Shown one piece after another: positions 1-7,926 of a DNA stretch of 10,447 bases. The number at the start of each line of letters is the position of its first letter. Position 1 is the first letter of the stretch. The stretch comes from an uncultured archaeon. Lineage in GTDB: Archaea > Iainarchaeota > Iainarchaeia > Iainarchaeales > GCA-2688035. The translations under genes and the position numbers were made by a program. The DNA lies in the NCBI GenBank assembly GCA_964354805.1, contig CAYHBD010000031.1, forward strand, positions 1 through 10,447, read 5' to 3'. The notes beneath the pieces are model-generated. The model was not told the DNA's origin and made no database searches. It saw only the letters and a list, made by a program, of their open reading frames with translations.

Positions 1-88
1 TAATGGAAAAATTAAATAAAAAAACTATTTCAATCTCTTTTTGACAAAAGCAATAAAAAAGGCTTGATATAAATAGTATAGGTGTAAA

Positions 89-376
89 ATGCGAAAGCTA
101 AAGCGAATTACTGGGAAAAGGGGTTCAACTGCAAGTGCTTCAACTAGGCAGAAGCTCAACAGAGCAAAGGTTTCCACTGTAAGTGCTTCAACTAGGCAGA
201 AGCTTGCCAGATGGAATCTAAGAACTGCTGCATTGCGAAGAGAAATAAATTCTATCAATGCAGCGCTTAAAACCCCAATCACCCCGGGTTGGGCAAATAA
301 GTTGAAGCGAGATTTAGGGCGCCTAACTGAAGAACTTTCTACCATTCAAACGAAACAAAAGTTATTAGGCAAGTGA
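89..376 (+). CDS. Small, very basic hypothetical protein (95 aa) with an internal repeat and a predicted C-terminal helical hairpin
   Basis: ATG at 89 with AGGTG (SD-like) at 80-84. About 24 K/R versus 4 D/E. STxSASTRQKL occurs twice. Amphipathic segments LRREINSINAALK and LKRDLGRLTEELSTIQ. T-tracts follow the stop. No recognisable family. Confidence 0.7.
   Translation: MRKLKRITGKRGSTASASTRQKLNRAKVSTVSASTRQKLARWNLRTAALRREINSINAALKTPITPGWANKLKRDLGRLTEELSTIQTKQKLLGK
124..204 (+). repeat. In-frame direct repeat, 2 copies, 48-bp period
   Basis: AAGTGCTTCAACTAGGCAGAAGCT is exact at 133-156 and 181-204. It extends to 124-156 vs 172-204 with 2 mismatches in 33 bp. Confidence 0.95.
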
Positions 377-487
377 AAAATGGCATTCTTTTTGCTTGTA
401 ATAGGCATAATTTTTTAATTGCTTAAGCCCTCATTTTTATTGTCTTTTTTGGTGGCTTTGGGTTATTATATGAAGGCAAAATACGCA

Positions 488-1732
488 ATGCATCTGGATT
501 TTTTGCGCAAGGCGGACAAGCCTGTTTTTGAGGCAATAATTGCTGAAAAGAATAGGCAGATGCAGGGCATTGAATTGATTCCAAGCGAGAACCTTGTTAG
601 CCAGGCAGTGCTTGAGGCAATGGGCAGTGTTGCAACAAACAAGTACAGCGAAGGCTATCCTGGGAAAAGATACTATGGCGGCAATGAGTTCATTGATGTA
701 ATAGAGAACCTTGCAATAGAGAGATGCAAAAAACTGTTCAAGGCAGAGCACGTGAATGTGCAACCTTTAAGCGGCAGCCCTGCAAACATGGCTGTTTATT
801 TCGCAACAATGAATGTTGGCGACACCTTTATGGGAATGAAGCTGACAGAGGGAGGGCATTTAACTCATGGCCATCCTGTGAATTTTTCTGGAAAGCTTTA
901 CAAGTGCGTTCAATACGGCGTGAGCAGGGAAACTGAAATGCTTGACTATGATGCAGTTGAAAAACAGGCAATGGAAGCAAAGCCAAAGCTTATTTTAAGC
1001 GGCTATACAGCTTACCCAAGAACAATAGATTTCAAGCGCTTCAGGGAAATCTGCGACAAAGCCGGAGCATTCTGCATGGCGGACATTGCGCACATTGCTG
1101 GCTTGTGCGCTGCAGGGGTCCATGAAAACCCTGTTCCGTTTTTTGATGCTGTTACAACAACAACCCACAAAACACTGAGGGGCCCAAGGGGCGCTGTAAT
1201 AATGTGCAGGGAAGAGTTTGCTGAAAAGATTGACAAAGCCGTTTTCCCAGGGCTGCAGGGCGGCCCGCATGAACACATAATTGCAGCAAAGGCTGTTGCA
1301 TTTGGTGAAGCGCTGAAACCACAATTCGCACAGTATGCAAAGCAGATTGTAAAAAACGCAGCTGCTTTGGCTGAAGAGCTGATGATGCTTGGATTGCGCC
1401 TGGTAAGCAATGGGACAGACAATCACCTTATGCTTGTTGATGTTTTTAAGAGCAAGGGGCTTACTGGAAAGCAGGCAGAGCACGCTTTGGAGCTGGCTGC
1501 TATTTACTGCAACAAGAACACTATTCCCTTTGATACAAGAACTCCCTGGGACCCGAGCGGAATAAGGATTGGCACGCCTGTTCTTACAACAAGGGGGATG
1601 AAAGAGAGTGAAATGAAAGAGGTTGCAAAATTCATTGTAAAAGCATTGGATAATAATGGCAATGAAACAAAGCTTGCTGCAATTAAAAAAGATGTTGCCC
1701 TGTTCTGCAAGCAGTTTCCTTTCTATAAATGA
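488..1732 (+). CDS. glyA: Serine hydroxymethyltransferase, bacterial/THF-dependent type (414 aa)
   Basis: Motifs [30 protein letters not shown], the PLP-lysine motif [27 protein letters not shown] and SGIRIGTP. Start placed at ATG 488 (MHLDFL) from typical SHMT length. ATG 470 is possible; the ORF-track start at 419 lies in T-rich spacer. Confidence 0.98.
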   Translation: MHLDFLRKADKPVFEAIIAEKNRQMQGIELIPSENLVSQAVLEAMGSVATNKYSEGYPGKRYYGGNEFIDVIENLAIERCKKLFKAEHVNVQPLSGSPANMAVYFATMNVGDTFMGMKLTEGGHLTHGHPVNFSGKLYKCVQYGVSRETEMLDYDAVEKQAMEAKPKLILSGYTAYPRTIDFKRFREICDKAGAFCMADIAHIAGLCAAGVHENPVPFFDAVTTTTHKTLRGPRGAVIMCREEFAEKIDKAVFPGLQGGPHEHIIAAKAVAFGEALKPQFAQYAKQIVKNAAALAEELMMLGLRLVSNGTDNHLMLVDVFKSKGLTGKQAEHALELAAIYCNKNTIPFDTRTPWDPSGIRIGTPVLTTRGMKESEMKEVAKFIVKALDNNGNETKLAAIKKDVALFCKQFPFYK

Positions 1733-1801
1733 TTGTGGCAATTAACTGAAAATTGCGCAAAGTTGTTGTAATTAAATTAATTTCCTTTATAGTTATTTTT
1801 T

Positions 1802-2686
1802 ATGCCGGCAAAGATAATCAATGGAAACGCAGTTGCGCAGCACGTTATTGCAAAAGTGCGGAGGGAGTTAGCGCTTTTGGAGGCAATTAACGTAAAGCCA
1901 ACCCTTGCCGTTGTCCTGGTTGGCGAGAATGCAGCAAGCAAATTGTATGTTGAGAAAAAGCAGCAGATGTGCGAGCAGCTTGGCCTTGGCTTTGAATTGC
2001 GTGCATTAGATGAAAAAATCAGCGAGCAGGAATTAAAGGGAATAATAAATGAATTAAATTACAGCCTGAATGTCCACGGCATACTTGTCCAGCTGCCACT
2101 GCCTGAAAATTTAAGGCAGGAAGCAATCCTGGGCTGCATTTCTCCATTAAAGGATGTTGACGGCTTCAGCGCCCTGAACCTTGGATTGCTTTTCTATGGC
2201 GAAAGCAGCCTTGCTGCATGCACTGCAAAAGCCATAATCAAGCTGATTGAAAGCAGCGGCACAAAAATTGAGGGCGCAAATGTCTGCGTTATAAACCACA
2301 GCATTGTTGTGGGAAAGCCCCTGGCATTAATGCTGCTGCACAGGAATGCAACAGTAACAGTCTGCCACAAATTCACCAAAGACCTTGCATTGCACACAAA
2401 GCAGGCAGACATTCTGATAACTGCTGTCGGCAAGCCTGGTTTGATTAAGGCAGACATGGTCAAGCAAGGCGCTGTTGTGATTGATGCAGGCATTGCCAAG
2501 GCAGGGGATAAAACAGTTGGCGATGTTGATTTTGAGGGCGTGAGCAAGGTTGCCTCTTTCATAACACCAGTTCCAGGCGGAGTAGGCCCAATGACAGTCG
2601 CATATTTAATGGAAAACACCCTTAACGCAGCCCTGCTGCAGCAAAGCCAAAAGCAGGCTGGCCAAAAAAGCAGTGCTGCATTATAA
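1802..2686 (+). CDS. folD: Bifunctional methylene-THF dehydrogenase / methenyl-THF cyclohydrolase
   Basis: LAVVLVG, YxxxK (YVEKK), HGILVQLP, KDVDG, ATVTVCH, VGDVDF and TPVPGGVGPMTVA. Confidence 0.98.
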   Translation: MPAKIINGNAVAQHVIAKVRRELALLEAINVKPTLAVVLVGENAASKLYVEKKQQMCEQLGLGFELRALDEKISEQELKGIINELNYSLNVHGILVQLPLPENLRQEAILGCISPLKDVDGFSALNLGLLFYGESSLAACTAKAIIKLIESSGTKIEGANVCVINHSIVVGKPLALMLLHRNATVTVCHKFTKDLALHTKQADILITAVGKPGLIKADMVKQGAVVIDAGIAKAGDKTVGDVDFEGVSKVASFITPVPGGVGPMTVAYLMENTLNAALLQQSQKQAGQKSSAAL

Positions 2687-2709
2687 CTGCCCGCAATATT
2701 GCTGAAACC

Positions 2710-2748
2710 TTAAAGAAGTTCAGCGGCTTTTTAACTGCATCTTGTCAG
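2710..2748 (-). pseudogene. Degenerate copy (stub) of the last 13 codons of lipA
   Basis: Reads L-T-R-C-S-*-K-A-A-E-L-L-* versus lip[13 protein letters not shown] (2801-2763). 27/39 nt identical without gaps, offset 53 bp. Confidence 0.85.
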
Positions 2749-2762
2749 CAGGCATATCAATC

Positions 2763-3602
2763 TCAGAAAAGCTCAGCCGCCTTGTAGCTGCTTCTAACCA
2801 GAGGTCCTGCAATAACGCGCCTGAATCCTTTTTGCAATGCAATTTCTTTCAATTCACTGAATTTCATTGGTTCAATAAATTCAGCAACAGGCAGGCTCTC
2901 TTTGTTCGGCTGCAGGTATTGCCCAATTGTTAAGAAATCAACCCATGCTGCAATCAAGTCATCCATTGCCCTTAGCACCTCTTCCCTTGTTTCGCCCAGG
3001 CCAAGCATTATGCTGCTCTTTGTGAAAATTTTTTTATTCAATTTCTTTGCATTCAGCAAAACATTCAATGATTGTTCATAGCCTGCCCTTGCATCCCTTG
3101 CAACATGCTGCAGTCTTTCAACAACCTCAATATTGTGCCCGATTACAGCTGGTTTCGCTTCAACAACCTTTTGCAGGCAATCACAATTGCCCTGAAAATC
3201 CGGAATCAGCGCTTCAACCTTTGCGCCGGCTGCATTCGCTGCTTTGATGCATTCGGCAAAATGCAAAGCGCCAAAATCAGGCAAATCATCTCGGTCAACG
3301 GAAGTTAAAACAGCATAGCGCAGCCCGAATTTTTTGATTGCATCAGCAATTTTTTTGGGCTCCAGGGCATCGAGTGCTGTGCCTTTTTTTGCGCTCTGCA
3401 CAGCGCAGAAAGCGCAGTGCCTTGTGCAAGTGCTGCCCAAAATCAGGAAAGTTGCTGTTTTGCTTTTCCAGCATTCAGCAATGTTAGGGCATCTTGCTTC
3501 CTCGCAGACAGTATGCAATCCGGAAGAGTGCAATGTGTTTCTAATTTGATTGAATTCCTCTCCGCCGGCAATCTTAACTTTCAGCCATTCAGGTTTTGGC
3601 AT
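2763..3602 (-). CDS. lipA: Lipoyl synthase (radical SAM)
   Basis: [19 protein letters not shown] (CX4CX5C), CTRHCAFC (CX3CX2C), [28 protein letters not shown] and C-terminal RSSY. ATG 3602 has GGAGTGA upstream and overlaps the gcvPB end; GTG 3611 is an alternative. Confidence 0.98.
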   Translation of the reverse strand: MPKPEWLKVKIAGGEEFNQIRNTLHSSGLHTVCEEARCPNIAECWKSKTATFLILGSTCTRHCAFCAVQSAKKGTALDALEPKKIADAIKKFGLRYAVLTSVDRDDLPDFGALHFAECIKAANAAGAKVEALIPDFQGNCDCLQKVVEAKPAVIGHNIEVVERLQHVARDARAGYEQSLNVLLNAKKLNKKIFTKSSIMLGLGETREEVLRAMDDLIAAWVDFLTIGQYLQPNKESLPVAEFIEPMKFSELKEIALQKGFRRVIAGPLVRSSYKAAELF

Positions 3603-4935
3603 TCCGCTCACTCCATCTCAAAACAGGCTCCCTTGCGGCTTTCACAGCGTCCAACCGTTTCACTGGCATGCTGTGCGGAGCGCTTTTAACCAGTTCCGGA
3701 TTTTTTTCCGCTTCTTCCTTTATTTTAATCATTGCATCAGCAAAGCTGTCAAGCGTTTCCCTGCTTTCTGTTTCAGTTGGCTCAATCATCATTGCGCCTT
3801 TTACAATCAGAGGAAAATAAATTGTTGGGGGATGAAATCCATAGTCAAGCAATCTTTTTGCAATGTCATTTGTTGTTACGCCATTTGGCATATCCTTGTC
3901 AGAGATAACGAATTCATGCATGCATTTCCTGTTGAATTGCAAGTGATAATGCTTTCGCAGCCTTTCCATCAGATAGTTTGCATTCAAAACAGCGTTTTCC
4001 GAAACCTCTTTCAATCCGCCTGCGCCGATTGCCCTCAAGTAAGTGTATGCTTTCACCATCACGCCAAAGTTTCCGTAAAAACTACGCACCTTTCCAATGC
4101 TGTCTTTGCCGCTGTAATCCAGCTCATACATATTGCCTTTTTTTTCAATCAAAGGCCTTGGAAGGAATGGAACCAGTTTTTCAATCACTGCAATTGGCCC
4201 TGCTCCAGGGCCTCCAGCGCCGTGCGGTGTGGAAAATGTTTTATGCAAATTCAAATGCATTAAATCAATTCCCAAATCAGCAGGCCTGCAAACGCCGAGC
4301 AATGCATTCAGGTTTGCCCCATCACCGTAAACAAAAGCGCCTTTTTCATGAACTGCCCTGCATACTTCAACAATGTTCCGGTCAAACAGGCCGAGCGTGT
4401 TTGGGTTTGTTATCATTATTGCCGCAACGCTGTTATCAAGTTTCTGCTTCAGGTCGTTCAAATCAATATTGCCTTGCGCATCGCTTTTCACTTCCACTGC
4501 TTCAAACCCGCACATTGAAACGCTTGCAGGGTTTGTCCCATGCGCCGAATCTGGCACCAAAACCTTTGCCCTCTGCTCGCCTTTCTTCCTGAAGTATGCC
4601 TGGATCATTATCATTCCAGTCAGTTCGCCTTGCGCGCCTGCGGCAGGCTGCAGGCTGCATTGCTTGAAGCTTGTTATTTCGCAAAGCATTTTTTGCAATT
4701 CAAACATTAATTGCAATGCTCCCTGAACTGTAGCAAGCGGCTGCAGCGGGTGCAGCCGTGAAAATCCATCCAGCTTTGCAATTTCCTCGCAGATTTTCGG
4801 GTTGTATTTCATTGTGCAGCTTCCGAGCGGATAAAAGCCATTGTCAACACCGAAATTCATCCTGCTCAAGGCAGTGAAGTGCCTTATTACTTCTGGCTCG
4901 CTCAAATTCATGCCCTTTTCAAAGATTAATTTCAT
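3589..4935 (-). CDS. gcvPB: Glycine dehydrogenase (decarboxylating) subunit 2, P-protein beta
   Basis: [48 protein letters not shown], the PLP-lysine motif [13 protein letters not shown], and IEPTETES. Confidence 0.98.
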   Translation of the reverse strand: MKLIFEKGMNLSEPEVIRHFTALSRMNFGVDNGFYPLGSCTMKYNPKICEEIAKLDGFSRLHPLQPLATVQGALQLMFELQKMLCEITSFKQCSLQPAAGAQGELTGMIMIQAYFRKKGEQRAKVLVPDSAHGTNPASVSMCGFEAVEVKSDAQGNIDLNDLKQKLDNSVAAIMITNPNTLGLFDRNIVEVCRAVHEKGAFVYGDGANLNALLGVCRPADLGIDLMHLNLHKTFSTPHGAGGPGAGPIAVIEKLVPFLPRPLIEKKGNMYELDYSGKDSIGKVRSFYGNFGVMVKAYTYLRAIGAGGLKEVSENAVLNANYLMERLRKHYHLQFNRKCMHEFVISDKDMPNGVTTNDIAKRLLDYGFHPPTIYFPLIVKGAMMIEPTETESRETLDSFADAMIKIKEEAEKNPELVKSAPHSMPVKRLDAVKAAREPVLRWSERNAKT

Positions 4936-4984
4936 AAAAATCCCTTGCCAAATTCAAATTTCCTTTTTCAAAAACCATTTTCAT
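4919..4984 (-). pseudogene. Stub of the gcvPB 5' end, now a 21-aa out-of-frame mini-ORF ([21 protein letters not shown])
   Basis: ATG overlaps the gcvPA stop (ATGA), with GGAGG at 4996-4992, 7 nt upstream. [12 protein letters not shown] aligns to the gcvPB start [11 protein letters not shown], 18/24 nt over the first 8 codons. Offset 49 bp. Confidence 0.85.
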
Positions 4985-6297
4985 TGCAGGGCCTCCAGTT
5001 CAGCCGCTAGTTTATCTATTTCCCATTTGCTGTTCATTTCAGTTGCAGCCAAAAGAACGCAGTCGCGCAATTCAGGAAAATTTTCCTCAAGCAGAAGACC
5101 GAAAACAATGTTTTTCTGCAGCAGTTTTTCCCGAATTTTTTTAATATCCTTTTTCTTTGCAACAAATTCGTTGAAGAAATTCTTTCCAAAAGGAAATTCA
5201 AAGCCAATCGTCTGCAGTTTTTCAGCAAGGTACAGTGCATTTGCATGGTTTTCCCCTGCAACCTCTTTCAATCCTTTTTTCCCAATGGTTGCAAGGAAAA
5301 CGGTTGCAGCAAGCGCGCCCAATGACTGGTTGGTGCAGATATTGCTGCCCGCCTTTTCCCGCCTGATATGCTGCTCCCTTGCCTGCAAAGTAAGAATGAA
5401 GCCCTCTTTTCCATCGGCATCCGCTGTTTTCCCGACCAATCTCCCTGGAATTTGCCGCAGAAACTGCTGCCTGCATGCAATAACGCCTGCAGCAGGGCCT
5501 CCGAAATTCATTGCATTGCCAAAGCTCTGCACATCTGCTGCAACAATATCAGCGCCGCTTTCAGCTGGCTCGCCGATAAAAGGCAATGACATTGCTTCTG
5601 CAATTGCAACAACCAAAAGAGCCTCTTTTGCATGCACTGCTTTTCCAATTTCTGAAAGCTTTTCAATGCACCCAAAAAAATTGGGCTGCTGCACAATAAA
5701 GCAGGCTGTTTCTTCATCAATCGCATCAACCAAATCTTTTGTTTCAATTTCCCGTAATTGCAGGCCGCCTGCGTTTGCATAGGTTTCAACAACAGCCTTG
5801 TATTCAGGGTTAAGGCTTTTTGCAACCAGAACTTCTTTTCTGCCTGTGAAATTTTTTGCCATAACCATTGCTTCTGCTGTTGCTGATGCGCCATCATACA
5901 TGCTTGCGTTTGCAACATCCATTCCAGTGAGCAGGCAGATGTATGTCTGCCATTCAAAGATTGCCTGCAGAATGCCCTGGCTTATTTCAGGTTGGTATGG
6001 CGTATAAGCAGTGTAGAACTCGCTTCTGCTGGTTATTGCAGCTACTGTTGCAGGAATGAAATGGTTATAGCAGCCTGCCCCAATAAAAAGCTGCAACTGC
6101 TTTGCCGTCTTGTTCAATGCAGCAATTGATTCAATTTCCTTTCTAAGTTCTCGTTCATTCAAGGCAGGCTGCAGATTCATTTCCCGTTCAATCAGGACTT
6201 TTTTCGGCACATCGGCGAATAATTCTTTTACATTATTGACTCCGATTTCTTTCAGCATTTCGCGCTTTTCTTTCTCACTGTTAGGTATAAATCGCAC
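4981..6297 (-). CDS. gcvPA: Glycine dehydrogenase (decarboxylating) subunit 1, P-protein alpha
   Basis: FIGAGCYNH, EFYTAYTPYQPEISQG, VANASMYDGASA, FGGP, PGRLVG and REQHIRREKAGSNICTNQ. GTG start with a GGGGG SD-like run. Confidence 0.98.
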   Translation of the reverse strand: MRFIPNSEKEKREMLKEIGVNNVKELFADVPKKVLIEREMNLQPALNERELRKEIESIAALNKTAKQLQLFIGAGCYNHFIPATVAAITSRSEFYTAYTPYQPEISQGILQAIFEWQTYICLLTGMDVANASMYDGASATAEAMVMAKNFTGRKEVLVAKSLNPEYKAVVETYANAGGLQLREIETKDLVDAIDEETACFIVQQPNFFGCIEKLSEIGKAVHAKEALLVVAIAEAMSLPFIGEPAESGADIVAADVQSFGNAMNFGGPAAGVIACRQQFLRQIPGRLVGKTADADGKEGFILTLQAREQHIRREKAGSNICTNQSLGALAATVFLATIGKKGLKEVAGENHANALYLAEKLQTIGFEFPFGKNFFNEFVAKKKDIKKIREKLLQKNIVFGLLLEENFPELRDCVLLAATEMNSKWEIDKLAAELEALQ

Positions 6298-6351
6298 CCA
6301 AAGCCCCCTACAGAAATAAAAAATAATTAAGGTTCTGAAATTCTTTTCCCT

Positions 6352-6744
6352 TTATTTTTTCTTCTTCTCTTCCAGCACAAAAGCGTCATATTGCCTGCTG
6401 TCCAGCAGGTCTTGCAATTCTTTTTCATTGCCGATTTTTATTTTGGCAATCCAGGTGCCATAAGGGTCCTTATTCAAAAGCTCAGGGTTTTTCTCTGCGG
6501 CAGGATTCACTTCTGCAACAGTGCCGCTCACTGGAGCGAAAACATCGCTCACGCTTTTCACGCTTTCAACGCTGCACATTGGCTTGTTCTGCTCTACTTT
6601 TGCGCCAAGCTTGGGCAATTCAACAAAAACTATGTCAGTAAGGCTGTGCTGGGCATAATCAGTTATTCCAACTGTTGCAATATTGCCGGCTAACTTGCAC
6701 CATTCGTGCTCCTTTGTGTATTTCCTATCAGCAGGGCTTGCCAT
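6352..6744 (-). CDS. gcvH: Glycine cleavage system H protein (130 aa)
   Basis: YTKEHEW, VGITDYAQ, lipoyl-lysine motif VESVKSVSD, and LNKDPY. ATG 6744 follows AGGAGATGA; ATG 6753 (ATGA overlap with gcvT) is an alternative. Confidence 0.98.
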   Translation of the reverse strand: MASPADRKYTKEHEWCKLAGNIATVGITDYAQHSLTDIVFVELPKLGAKVEQNKPMCSVESVKSVSDVFAPVSGTVAEVNPAAEKNPELLNKDPYGTWIAKIKIGNEKELQDLLDSRQYDAFVLEEKKKK

Positions 6745-6749
6745 AAAAA

Positions 6750-7832
6750 TCATCTCCTATAAAAGGGCAGCTCAACAACCTTTGCCTTAACCCTTTTTCC
6801 CCTAATATTAATTTCAATTTCTTGCCCAACAGCACTAAATTCTTTTGCTATATATCCTAACCCAATACTCTTTTTTAATGTTGGCGAAAAGCCGGCGCTT
6901 GTTGCAATCCCCACTTTCCCTGAATTTGCAAAAATTTCGCAGCCATGCCTTGCAATGCCTTTTTCAATCAACTCAAATCCAATCAATTTTTCTTTGACAC
7001 CAAGCCTCTTTTGCTTTACCAGCGCCCTTTTTCCAACAAACCCCTTGTTCCAGGAAACGATTTTCTCATAAGGGCAGAGCAGAATGCTGTGTTCCGCATC
7101 AATATCCTGCCCATGCAGAAGCATGCCAGCCTCCAATCGCAGAGTGTCCCTTGCAGCAAGCCCGCAGGGCAGCAAGCCAAATTCCTTTCCAGCCTGCATC
7201 AGCGCATTCCACACTTTCTCCGCATTGCCAGCATCAAAATACAATTCAAAGCCATCCTCGCCAGTGTAGCCGCTCCTGCTCACAAGGCAATCAACGGTGT
7301 TCAATTTAATTTCTTTAAAATTATAGTATTTTATTTTGTTTAAATTTTCTTCAGCCAATTTCTGCAAAACTTTTTCCGCTTTTGGACCCTGCAAATCAAG
7401 CTTTGCCATGGTTTGCCTCAAACCCTCTGCTTTCGCATCAATCCCTTTTGCATTTTTCTGCACCCAAAGCAAATCGCTTTCATATGGGACTGCGTTCACA
7501 ACAAGCCAGAATTTTTCCTTGTTGAATTTGTACACGGTCAAATCATCTAAAATGCAGCCTGCTTCATTGCACATTGCAGCGAGTTTCATTTGCCCTTTTT
7601 TCATTCCGGAAATATCCCTTACAAGCAGCGATTGCAGCAGCTTTTCCGCATCTTTCCCCAGCACCTCTATTTCCCCCATGTGCGAAACATCAAACAGGTC
7701 GCATTGCTGCCTTACGGCATTGTGCTCTGCAATTGGCGAGCCATAGTGCAATGGCAGCATCCAGCCGTGAAAATCGGTCAGTGCTGCGCCAAGCGCTTGG
7801 TGCAATGCAAAAAAAGGCGTTTTGTTTGGCAT
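6750..7832 (-). CDS. gcvT: Glycine cleavage system aminomethyltransferase, T protein (360 aa)
   Basis: KTPF, FHGWMLP, LFDVSHMGE, DD pair, LQGP, SRSGYTGEDGFE and ARDTLRLEAG. Start placed at ATG 7832 (MPNKTP). Confidence 0.98.
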   Translation of the reverse strand: MPNKTPFFALHQALGAALTDFHGWMLPLHYGSPIAEHNAVRQQCDLFDVSHMGEIEVLGKDAEKLLQSLLVRDISGMKKGQMKLAAMCNEAGCILDDLTVYKFNKEKFWLVVNAVPYESDLLWVQKNAKGIDAKAEGLRQTMAKLDLQGPKAEKVLQKLAEENLNKIKYYNFKEIKLNTVDCLVSRSGYTGEDGFELYFDAGNAEKVWNALMQAGKEFGLLPCGLAARDTLRLEAGMLLHGQDIDAEHSILLCPYEKIVSWNKGFVGKRALVKQKRLGVKEKLIGFELIEKGIARHGCEIFANSGKVGIATSAGFSPTLKKSIGLGYIAKEFSAVGQEIEINIRGKRVKAKVVELPFYRR

Positions 7833-7860
7833 AATGAACAAATAGAAGAATAGCAAAAAT

Positions 7861-7904
7861 CCTTAAAGCCAATTGTTGGGCAAAGAATTAGTAAGCCTTA
7901 AAAA
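7861..7904. promoter_or_regulatory. Divergent promoter region with putative archaeal TATA boxes for gcvT (-) and ORF 7927 (+)
   Basis: On +, CTTAAAAA at 7897-7904 begins 30 nt before ATG 7927, preceded by AGTAAGC. On -, TTTAAGG at 7867-7861 begins 35 nt before ATG 7832. Confidence 0.5.
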
Positions 7905-7926
7905 TTTTGGGAAACTATATTGATAC

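Noticed and set aside
133-204. 24-bp direct repeat as a mini CRISPR array
   Set aside because: Only two copies, in frame inside an ORF, similarity extends into the 'spacer', and no cas genes are present.
25-345. 106-aa minus-strand ORF
   Set aside because: Antisense shadow of the 89-376 ORF, which has the better start context.
377-412. Possible echo of the first ORF's 3' end (TAGGCA)
   Set aside because: Too short to distinguish from chance.
419-487. Hydrophobic N-terminal extension on GlyA suggesting export
   Set aside because: It derives from T-rich spacer with a TTG start. SHMT homology starts near ATG 488. The gcvT extension from 7856 is rejected for the same reason.
377-487. Glycine, THF or ZTP riboswitch upstream of glyA (or of gcvT at 7833-7926)
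   Set aside because: The spacers are short and AT-rich, without conserved aptamer sequences or stable stems.
2646-2702. Imperfect tandem GCCAAAA(AA)GCAG in the folD tail and palindrome GCAATATTGC (2693-2702)
   Set aside because: Short and low-complexity, with no second copy of the palindrome to suggest an operator.
2731-2733. In-frame TAA in the lipA stub as stop-codon reassignment
   Set aside because: TAA and TGA end intact genes normally here, and the stub has no start or upstream frame. It is a simple inactivating change.
2710-2801. Stub/gene pairs as template and variable repeats of a diversity-generating retroelement
   Set aside because: Mismatches are not restricted to adenines of one copy on either strand, and no reverse transcriptase is in the window.
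995-7872. Long overlapping ORFs (e.g. 995-1741, 3550-4263, 3978-4592, 4841-5782)
   Set aside because: Antisense or off-frame shadows of well-conserved enzymes, with no motifs.
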